This document shows positions 37,264 to 44,308 of a stretch of 44,308 nucleotides of DNA, one piece after another. Under the pieces are notes generated by a model. That model was not told the DNA's origin, searched no databases, and saw nothing but the letters and a program-made list of their open reading frames with translations. The stretch is from sequence record DRR378314_2273; one strand, 5' to 3'. The first letter of the stretch is position 1. Each line of letters begins with the position of its first letter. The position numbers and the translations under genes are program-made.

Positions 37264-39420
37264 ATGTTAAAAAACGTCTTAGCTTGCGCAGTCATTGTCG
37301 CGCTTGGAGGGTGTACTGATGCACCTACTACTTCAACTGAAAATAATGCCAAAACTGAAACACCTGCTGAACAGTCATTAAAATACCCTGAAACTAAAAA
37401 AGGGAGCGTTGTAGACGTTTATTTTGATGAGAAAGTAGCTGATCCATATCGCTGGTTAGAAGATGATATGAGTGAAGAAACCGCTCAATGGGTTAAAACT
37501 CAAAACGAGCTGACTTTTTCATATCTTGAAAACATCCCTTACCGTGACAAATTGAAAGCAAGCCTTGAAAAATTAATGAATTATGAAAAGGTCACTGCAC
37601 CTTTCGTCGAAGGTAAATACACGTACTTTTACAAAAACGATGGTTTGCAAAATCAATATGTGCTGTATCGTAAGTTAGGCGACGCTGAAGCTGAGGTTTT
37701 CTTAGACCCAAATACGTTTAGTGAAGATGGTACCACTTCAATGTCAGGCCTTACATTTTCTGAAGATGGTTCGTTAGCTGCGTATCAAATTTCAGAAGGT
37801 GGAAGTGATTGGCGTAAAATCATTATTATTGATACAGAAACCAAACAACCAATCGAAGAAGATCTCGTGGATGTTAAATTCAGTGGCATTTCATGGCTTG
37901 CAAATGAAGGGTTTTACTACTCTAGTTATGACAAACCTAAAGGCAGCGAGTTATCCGCTAAAACAGATCAGCACAAGGTTTACTTCCATAAACTGGGCAC
38001 AGCGCAGAGTGAGGATGAGTTAGTCTTTGGTGGCTCTGACGCTGAGAAACACCGCTACATTGGTGCATCTGTAACCTCTGACAATCGTTATTTAATTATT
38101 TCAGCTAGCGTGTCTACTTCAGGCAATAAACTGTTTATAAAAGACCTCACTAAACCTGATAGTGAGCTTAAAACAATTGTAGGACACACTGAGTCAGATA
38201 CCTACTTGCTTGATAATGAAGGAAGTAAATTATTTCTTGTTACCAATTTAAACGCACCAAACAAAAAAGTGGTCACTGTTGATGCAGCAAATCCAACACC
38301 TGACCAATGGCAAGATTTAATTGCGCAAACTGATAATGTGTTAAGCATGTCAAAAGGTGGCAACTATTTCTTTGCTAAATATATGGTTGATGCAATTTCT
38401 AAAGTTCAGCAATTTGATAAGTCTGGTAAGTTAGTGCGTGAGATTAGCTTGCCAGGCGTAGGCACTGCACGTGGTTTTAGTGGTAAAAAAGAAAGTGAAA
38501 CGCTGTATTATTCGTTTGCAAATTATATCACTCCTGGCACCACCTTTGCTTTTGATGTAAACACAGGTGAGTCTGACGTGTATCGCAAATCAGGTGCTAA
38601 ATTTGAATCTGATGCTTATACATCTGAGCAAGTATTTTATACATCAAAAGACGGTACCAAAGTACCGATGATCATCTCGTATAAAAAAGACACTAAACTC
38701 AACGGTAAAAATCCGACAATTTTATATGGCTACGGTGGTTTTAACGCCAGCATGACACCTGGGTTTAGCTCTGCGATTGCTGCATGGCTTGAACAAGGTG
38801 GTGTCTATGCAGTGGCAAATATACGTGGCGGTGGTGAATACGGTAAAGCGTGGCATGATGCTGGTACACAGCTGAAAAAACAAAACGTATTTGATGACTT
38901 CATCGCTGCAGCTGAATACTTAAATGAGAAAAAGTATACATCTAGTGACTACTTAGCACTGCGTGGTGGCTCAAACGGTGGTTTATTGGTTGGCGCTGTG
39001 ATGACACAACGCCCAGAGCTATTCAAAGTCGCGCTTCCTGCGGTAGGAGTCCTTGATATGCTACGTTATCATACGTTTACTGCTGGTGCAGGCTGGGCGT
39101 ATGATTATGGTACCAGTGAACAAAGCCAAGAGATGTTTAACTATCTTAAGGGTTATTCACCAGTACACAATGTAAAAGAAGGTGTATCTTACCCTGCAAC
39201 ATTAGTAACAACAGGTGATCATGATGACCGAGTTGTTCCTGCGCATTCATATAAGTTTGCTGCAGAGTTACAAACCAAAGGAGCGGGTAGTAATCCTTAC
39301 CTTATTCGTATTGAAACAAATGCGGGTCATGGCGCTGGAACACCAACAAGCAAGATCATTGATCAGTACGCTGATATTTATGGCTTTACCTTATATAACA
39401 TGGGTATAAAGTCACTGTAA
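37264..39420 (+). CDS. Prolyl oligopeptidase (S9A), predicted lipoprotein
   Basis: Lipobox [37 protein letters not shown] triad. Confidence 0.95.
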   Translation: MLKNVLACAVIVALGGCTDAPTTSTENNAKTETPAEQSLKYPETKKGSVVDVYFDEKVADPYRWLEDDMSEETAQWVKTQNELTFSYLENIPYRDKLKASLEKLMNYEKVTAPFVEGKYTYFYKNDGLQNQYVLYRKLGDAEAEVFLDPNTFSEDGTTSMSGLTFSEDGSLAAYQISEGGSDWRKIIIIDTETKQPIEEDLVDVKFSGISWLANEGFYYSSYDKPKGSELSAKTDQHKVYFHKLGTAQSEDELVFGGSDAEKHRYIGASVTSDNRYLIISASVSTSGNKLFIKDLTKPDSELKTIVGHTESDTYLLDNEGSKLFLVTNLNAPNKKVVTVDAANPTPDQWQDLIAQTDNVLSMSKGGNYFFAKYMVDAISKVQQFDKSGKLVREISLPGVGTARGFSGKKESETLYYSFANYITPGTTFAFDVNTGESDVYRKSGAKFESDAYTSEQVFYTSKDGTKVPMIISYKKDTKLNGKNPTILYGYGGFNASMTPGFSSAIAAWLEQGGVYAVANIRGGGEYGKAWHDAGTQLKKQNVFDDFIAAAEYLNEKKYTSSDYLALRGGSNGGLLVGAVMTQRPELFKVALPAVGVLDMLRYHTFTAGAGWAYDYGTSEQSQEMFNYLKGYSPVHNVKEGVSYPATLVTTGDHDDRVVPAHSYKFAAELQTKGAGSNPYLIRIETNAGHGAGTPTSKIIDQYADIYGFTLYNMGIKSL

Positions 39421-39426
39421 GTTATC

Positions 39427-39457
39427 AAACGCCGGAGTAATACCTTCGGCGTTTATT
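39427..39457 (+). terminator. Terminator after the prolyl oligopeptidase gene
   Basis: AAACGCCGGAG-taatac-CTTCGGCGTTT-ATT; its G-U pair is compatible only with the + strand. Confidence 0.75.
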
Positions 39458-39521
39458 AAACTATTTTAAGCCCGTTTTAGATTCGATAACGCCGAATAAA
39501 CGGCGCTCATACCTTATTCCC

Positions 39522-40811
39522 CTAGTTACTACTTGAAAAAAGACGTTGATGTGTTTTAAATGCATATTCATCCGTCATCCCACTTAGGTAATCACAAATA
39601 ACTCGGTGTGTATTCATTCCATGATCAAGGGCATGCTGATAGGCATTTGCTGTTGTCTCTGGTAATAACCGAAGAGGATCACATGAGAAAGCTTCAAATA
39701 ACTCAATAATCAATTTTTGCCCTTTGAACTCTATCTGTTGCATGTGAGAAGCACGTATTAAACGCTGGTAAATAAATGATTTTAGAGTGTTTAACAGGCT
39801 TTGATATTCACTTGATAACTCAACAGTAAAATTTAGAATAGGGCAGTCGAATGTGACCTCTGTTGGGGTAATACATGATTGTGTAATAAATAAATTAACT
39901 AACTCACCAATTACATCTTTCCGTTGTGCTTCAGAGTTTAAAAATAATCGCTCGGTTAATTGACTGGTTTCTAGCCATGGGCAATTTACTTTTTTAAGAG
40001 CAGGGAATGCATAACTTTCCCATTCTTTTAATGTAATTTGTTCTGTTGCAATCGCATCTTCTAAATCATGTACGGCATAAGCAATGTCATCAGCTAATTC
40101 CATAATAGCAGCATCAAGTGATTTAAAGCGTGTTTTTGATCTAAACGAGTCAAGCTTACTAAATTGGCTTAAGTTGCTTCTATCTTTTGCTGACAATGGG
40201 GCAACTATCCAATCAAATGTTTCTTTATCATCTTGATAGAGCCCTTTAGCTGGGCGCCAATCATCCGCCTTTATAAACGCTCTTTTAGGATTATGCTCTG
40301 GTATGGTGTGCCATAAATCGTCGATAAACGCAGGGTATTTAATAAAGCCCAATAATGTTCGCCGTGTTAAATTCATGCCATGACCGTCACTATATGGTTC
40401 TAAGCGCGATACAATCCGAAGCGTTTGTGCGTTACCTTCAAACCCTCCATGCTCTCTCATCATATAATTAAGTGCTATTTCACCGCCATGACCATAAGGC
40501 GGGTGGCCAATATCATGTGCCAAACATAATGTTTCGAGTAAGCTTTGATCAGGAAAGTATTTAAAATCAGGGTGCTGTTTTTCTAAATGGCGTAACAAAC
40601 CACTGCCAATTTGCGATACTTCTAAGGAGTGAGTTAAACGTGTACGATGAAAGTCATTTAGCCCTATCCCCATTATTTGGGTTTTAGCTTGTAGGCGTCT
40701 AAATGCTGCGGCATGTATTATACGGGAGCGGTCAACTTGCCAAGGTGAACGGTTGTCATTTGGTCTCGATTTATTCTGATTAATGATCCTGCTTTGCCAC
40801 TCTAATTCCAT
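39522..40811 (-). CDS. dgt: HD-domain deoxyguanosinetriphosphate triphosphohydrolase (dGTPase-like)
   Basis: FRRLQAKTQ, RTRLTHSLEV, LAHDIGHPPYGHGGE, FEGNAQTLR, ADDIAY, DYLSGMTD. Confidence 0.92.
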   Translation of the reverse strand: MELEWQSRIINQNKSRPNDNRSPWQVDRSRIIHAAAFRRLQAKTQIMGIGLNDFHRTRLTHSLEVSQIGSGLLRHLEKQHPDFKYFPDQSLLETLCLAHDIGHPPYGHGGEIALNYMMREHGGFEGNAQTLRIVSRLEPYSDGHGMNLTRRTLLGFIKYPAFIDDLWHTIPEHNPKRAFIKADDWRPAKGLYQDDKETFDWIVAPLSAKDRSNLSQFSKLDSFRSKTRFKSLDAAIMELADDIAYAVHDLEDAIATEQITLKEWESYAFPALKKVNCPWLETSQLTERLFLNSEAQRKDVIGELVNLFITQSCITPTEVTFDCPILNFTVELSSEYQSLLNTLKSFIYQRLIRASHMQQIEFKGQKLIIELFEAFSCDPLRLLPETTANAYQHALDHGMNTHRVICDYLSGMTDEYAFKTHQRLFSSSN

Positions 40812-40928
40812 TAATACATTCCACTTACCGCGTTGGTTTTATATATCGATTGTAGCGGATTTATTTAAATTAAAAATCCCCCTGTAGGTTATATTTTTCA
40901 TATAGAAAGAAAAACAAATTTTACAAAT

Positions 40929-40957
40929 TAGCCTTTATTTAGTGCCTTAGGTATAAT
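40929..40957 (+). promoter_or_regulatory. Predicted sigma70 promoter for the Bax-like gene
   Basis: TAGCCT - 17 bp - TATAAT; an 8-bp leader hairpin follows at 40969-40991. Confidence 0.5.
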
Positions 40958-41016
40958 AGGCAGAATGCATGCATGGGGATAAACCATGCATCGGAGTCAG
41001 ATCTCTTGGAGAATAC

Positions 41017-41826
41017 ATGCTAAAGCACATAATTAGTTTTTTACTAAGTTTGTTTTTTATTTGGGCGTTACTTTACCCATTTATTCAGACAACGGGGCCA
41101 GTTTCTGAGCCCGAGGTAGAAGCACAAACCAAACCTTCAGTGAAGAAAAAAGAAAAACCTCTGCACAACGTCGATTTACCAATATTTAGTGCTTTTACTG
41201 ATGTAAAAGAAAAGAAGCAAGCCTTCTTTGATTTCATTCGTCCACATGTAGAAGCGGAAAATAAGAAAATATTACAGCAACGCGCAACGCTGGAAATTGC
41301 TTTGATGATGCTACAGTATGATGAACCGATTAATAAAAAGCAGACTAAGCAAGTCAAAGCAATTCTTAATCAATATAAGTTACCCGACCTAATTAATACA
41401 ATTTCATTAACACAGGCACTAAGGCGGGTTGATATCATTCCAAAAGAAATGGCACTAATGCAAGCTGCGAATGAATCTGCGTGGGGAACATCGCGTTTTG
41501 CACGTATAGGTTTAAACTTTTTTGGCCAGTGGTGCTATAAAAAAGGTTGTGGCATGGTACCGAGTAGGCGCAACACAGGCGCTGCTCATGAAGTTGCTGC
41601 TTTTCAGTCTGTGCGTCAAGGTGTTGCTTCATATTTTAAAAACCTCAATACACATGCAGCCTACAAAGGTCTTCGTACTATACGTGCTGATTTACGTCGC
41701 CAGCAAAAACCGCTCGACGCTAATAAACTAACCTATGGTTTGATGTCTTATTCAGAGCGAGGCGAAGAGTATATAAAAGAATTAAACCAAATGATTAAAC
41801 ATAATAAGGCATATTTTAATGAATAA
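41017..41826 (+). CDS. Bax-like glucosaminidase-domain (GH73) protein with N-terminal anchor
   Basis: KKQAFF.F..P, RRVDIIP, QAANESAWGTSRFA, NFFGQWC, NLNTH.AY, YSERG; ATG 41017 after GGAGA. Confidence 0.88.
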   Translation: MLKHIISFLLSLFFIWALLYPFIQTTGPVSEPEVEAQTKPSVKKKEKPLHNVDLPIFSAFTDVKEKKQAFFDFIRPHVEAENKKILQQRATLEIALMMLQYDEPINKKQTKQVKAILNQYKLPDLINTISLTQALRRVDIIPKEMALMQAANESAWGTSRFARIGLNFFGQWCYKKGCGMVPSRRNTGAAHEVAAFQSVRQGVASYFKNLNTHAAYKGLRTIRADLRRQQKPLDANKLTYGLMSYSERGEEYIKELNQMIKHNKAYFNE

Positions 41827-42481
41827 TTTTAAGGCAATATTTTTCGCCTTCACTGTTATTTTCACGCTGCTTAGCACTGGCGCTCACTCTAAGGAGTTTG
41901 TTGTTTCATACGATGGATTTTATGATCGATTAAAAGTGGTTAACAAAGGAGATTTCCAATTTGCCCAAGTGAATTTTTATATCACTGATATTGTAACTGG
42001 CGATGCGTGTTTGATTAAAACAGGGCGAATTATTACGGAGCGACAGGAATTTGCACTTAATTATACAGATCAAGCACAGTTGTTGTTACCTTACGATCAA
42101 CAATTAGATAAAGATAAAGCTGTTATTGTTATTGAACCAATTAATGAACAACATGATTGTCAATTGAAACTACAAATAGAGGCACGAGAGTTTGCTAATG
42201 GCGACTTGAATAAGCACCAAATGTTTCAATTAAATGCAGAGTTTGATGATTTACTATCAGATTTGTCAGGTTTTTTTATTAGTAAATTAATGAGCTTTTT
42301 ATTACCAGATCAAAAGGGTCTTGTTCTCACTTTTGCACAAACAGTAAACATAGATGACAAAGCATTTAATTGTAAAGACGCTGTTTGCCATGTTGCTATA
42401 CCAGATGACTGGGAGGATGATAATACTGCGTTTACTACGACATCTCCTTTGCTGAAAGTGACTCCCTGGATCACTAAGTAA
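41819..42481 (+). CDS. Exported protein, DUF2987-like
   Basis: Signal peptide, SYDGFY.RLK, LLLPYD.QL..DKA, Cys pairs; 8-bp overlap with the upstream gene. Confidence 0.65.
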   Translation: MNNFKAIFFAFTVIFTLLSTGAHSKEFVVSYDGFYDRLKVVNKGDFQFAQVNFYITDIVTGDACLIKTGRIITERQEFALNYTDQAQLLLPYDQQLDKDKAVIVIEPINEQHDCQLKLQIEAREFANGDLNKHQMFQLNAEFDDLLSDLSGFFISKLMSFLLPDQKGLVLTFAQTVNIDDKAFNCKDAVCHVAIPDDWEDDNTAFTTTSPLLKVTPWITK

Positions 42482-42492
42482 AAAATGAGCTG

Positions 42493-42527
42493 AAAAGTAA
42501 TGCATTGATTATCAATGCATTACTTTT
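42493..42527. repeat. Perfect 35-bp palindrome (terminator or operator)
   Basis: AAAAGTAATGCATTGAT-T-ATCAATGCATTACTTTT. Confidence 0.75.
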
Positions 42528-42595
42528 AAAAATAGTCAATTTACTAGCATTGCCTAATTTACTCCCACATTAAACATATCGAATTACTAATATTA

Positions 42596-43072
42596 ATGAA
42601 TAAATCACATATTATTGAGCATTTGCGTTTTGCCCTTCAAGCGCAGCTTACAACTGCTCAAGTTGCAGCCAAAACGGCCCATGATGCAGCTACTCATGAA
42701 GAGAACATTGCCGAGAACAAGTACGATACGCTAGGACTTGAAGCAGCTTATTTGGCACAAGGACAAGCTCAGCGAGTGAATGATTGTCATTTAAGCCTTG
42801 TTGAGTTTGAAAAGGTATTCAAAGAACCTATCAAAGATAAAGTGTCTCAAGGCTCGCTTGTGGCTGTGTGTGATGAAAATGAGCATCGAAAATGGTATTT
42901 CTTAGGCCCGATGTCTGGTGGTTTATCGGTTACTGTTAAAGGGGAGTTAGTCTATGTTCTGACACCGCAATCTCCTTTAGGTAATGTTCTGATAAATAAA
43001 CAAAAATACGATGAGGTTAGTTTCACTATGGCAGATGAATCTCAGCTATTAGTGATTGATGAAATACTGTAG
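42596..43072 (+). CDS. GreA/GreB-like transcription factor paralogue
   Basis: N-terminal coiled coil with ATHEENIAENKYDTLGLEAAYLA tip; Gre C-terminal domain (V..GSLV.V, TPQSPLG..L). Confidence 0.8.
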   Translation: MNKSHIIEHLRFALQAQLTTAQVAAKTAHDAATHEENIAENKYDTLGLEAAYLAQGQAQRVNDCHLSLVEFEKVFKEPIKDKVSQGSLVAVCDENEHRKWYFLGPMSGGLSVTVKGELVYVLTPQSPLGNVLINKQKYDEVSFTMADESQLLVIDEIL

Positions 43073-43137
43073 TCGTCGATTAATTTTACTTATCCTAACG
43101 TGAAAAATATCTTGCTGGTCAGTTGATTTAAAACCAT

Positions 43138-43244
43138 TTATAAATAGCCAATAGCAACAGCTAAAGCACCCATCTTGTTAAGTGATAGTGTTATCTAACC
43201 TAAACTTAACATGATGGGTGTTTCTATTTATAACTTATTTTTTT
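43138..43244 (+). other. Structured intergenic element (nested inverted repeats)
   Basis: 20-bp inner stem 43164-43183/43204-43223 (one mismatch, one G-U), 10-bp outer stem 43138-43147/43224-43233, T7 run at 43238-43244. Confidence 0.6.
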
Positions 43245-43265
43245 GACTTACTTTTAGGAAAAGTC

Positions 43266-44308
43266 GTGTTTAAAACCTTAATTGTGGTTGATAACAATGA
43301 GCAATTTTTAGCTCACTCATTTGAAAATGTCATCTCTTTTAATACATATTTACGTGAATACCCAAAACATAACGAACCCAAAACACGTATCATCAACTTG
43401 TGTGATTCAAGCCAATATTTAAGCAAAGGCTATTATTGTTCTTTGCTAGCAGAAGCACGCAAACATCTAGTACTGCCAAGTGTAAAAACGATAAATGCAT
43501 TGCGCAATGGACATTCTGTGCCTATTGAACATAGAAATGTAAAAGACGTAATATATTTCGGTCAAACGGATGATGAGTATCAAGCAAAATCTGTAAAAGC
43601 ACTATTTAATTTGTTTCCTGTGCCTATTCTATTCGTTAATGAATTGGGTAAGCTCAATCAGGGATCACTCTCATCATTAACGACAGAACAACAAACTGTA
43701 TTTGTTAACAAGCTAACTCAATTTACCCAAACTCAATGGCGAATGAGTGGTTCTAAACGTCGTTACAGATGGGATATGGCCATCTTGGTTGATCATAATG
43801 AAAAGGTACCGCCAAGTGATAAAGATGCGATTGCCCGCTTTATAAAAGCAGCCGCAAAACATGGTATTTATGCACAGGCATTAAGCCTTGAAGAAATTAG
43901 CAACATCGCTCAATTTGACGCGTTATTTATCCGTCAAACAACTGCTATAGATCACCCTACCTATCGGCTAGCCTCCAAAGCACAAACCTTAGGTTTAGTT
44001 GTAATGGATGATGCTGATTCAATTTTACGCTGTTGTAACAAAGTATATTTACATGATGCCTTTAACTATCAAAAAGTACCGAGCTTGAAAACTCTTGTAG
44101 TGGCAGAACAAACTAAAGAGACGATTGAACAACTTGAGCAAAACTTTACTTATCCGTTGGTCTTAAAAATGCCTGAAGGATCATTTTCAAAGGGTGTTTA
44201 TAAAGTAAGTAATAGGCTAGAGCTTGAGTCCAAATTGTCTGAGTTATTTGCATTTAGTGCATTAGTTTTGGCACAGGAATACATGTATACCGAATATGAT
44301 TGGCGAGT
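43266..44308 (+). CDS. RimK-like ATP-grasp ligase with N-terminal RLAN-type domain (3' end beyond window)
   Basis: Absent from the ORF track; manual translation from GTG 43266 (AGGA SD) is open to the window end: MFKTLIVVD...IINLC...YLSKGYYCSLLAEAR...FDALFIRQTT...CCNKVYL...YPLVLKMPEGSFSKGV...QEYMYTEYDWR. Confidence 0.9.
   Translation, partial: MFKTLIVVDNNEQFLAHSFENVISFNTYLREYPKHNEPKTRIINLCDSSQYLSKGYYCSLLAEARKHLVLPSVKTINALRNGHSVPIEHRNVKDVIYFGQTDDEYQAKSVKALFNLFPVPILFVNELGKLNQGSLSSLTTEQQTVFVNKLTQFTQTQWRMSGSKRRYRWDMAILVDHNEKVPPSDKDAIARFIKAAAKHGIYAQALSLEEISNIAQFDALFIRQTTAIDHPTYRLASKAQTLGLVVMDDADSILRCCNKVYLHDAFNYQKVPSLKTLVVAEQTKETIEQLEQNFTYPLVLKMPEGSFSKGVYKVSNRLELESKLSELFAFSALVLAQEYMYTEYDWR

Noticed and set aside
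785-42505. Many 60-150 aa alternative-frame and antisense ORFs in the track (e.g. 2883-3152, 27616-28071, 34040-34498, 35031-35447)
   Set aside because: They lie within or largely overlap well-supported genes, show no recognisable motifs and look like codon-bias shadows.
43174-43180. CTTGTTA resembling the IS492 target sequence as I recall it
   Set aside because: A 7-mer is expected by chance in AT-rich DNA, and no IS110-family transposase or duplication is present.
1-44308. CRISPR array, dif or matS sites
   Set aside because: No spaced direct repeats or cas genes; a by-eye scan found no convincing dif or GTGACRNYGTCAC match (not exhaustive).

Overview
AT-rich gammaproteobacterial chromosome segment, most consistent with Pseudoalteromonas/Alteromonadales (inferred from gene order and protein sequences, not from a database search). 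It is mostly intact core genome: the 3' end of a tRNA (probably Ser), msrC-[acidic orphan]-proQ-prc, nhaC-pepN-DUF2835, a four-gene DUF1302/DUF1329/BNR-propeller/MMPL-type RND cluster, gdhB-pyrD-zapC-rlmKL-glutaredoxin-uup-DUF3466, ansA/sppA, fadH, a DoxX (HvfX-like) gene, an ABC exporter with DUF962, a lipoprotein prolyl oligopeptidase, a dGTPase, Bax-DUF2987, a Gre-like factor and a RimK-like ATP-grasp gene cut by the window end. I saw no integrase, transposase, prophage gene, CRISPR array or clear pseudogene. The best candidate for a poorly described system is the DUF1302 cluster: a putative trans-envelope lipid/hydrophobic-compound transporter whose predicted promoter is overlapped by a FadR-like palindrome resembling the site at fadH. 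Other leads are a very acidic Trp-repeat protein just upstream of proQ, a 16-bp hairpin that sequesters the DoxX ribosome-binding site, a ~100-nt structured element before the RimK-like gene, and two promoters that appear embedded in terminators. All family calls come from motif recognition by eye and need HMM confirmation.
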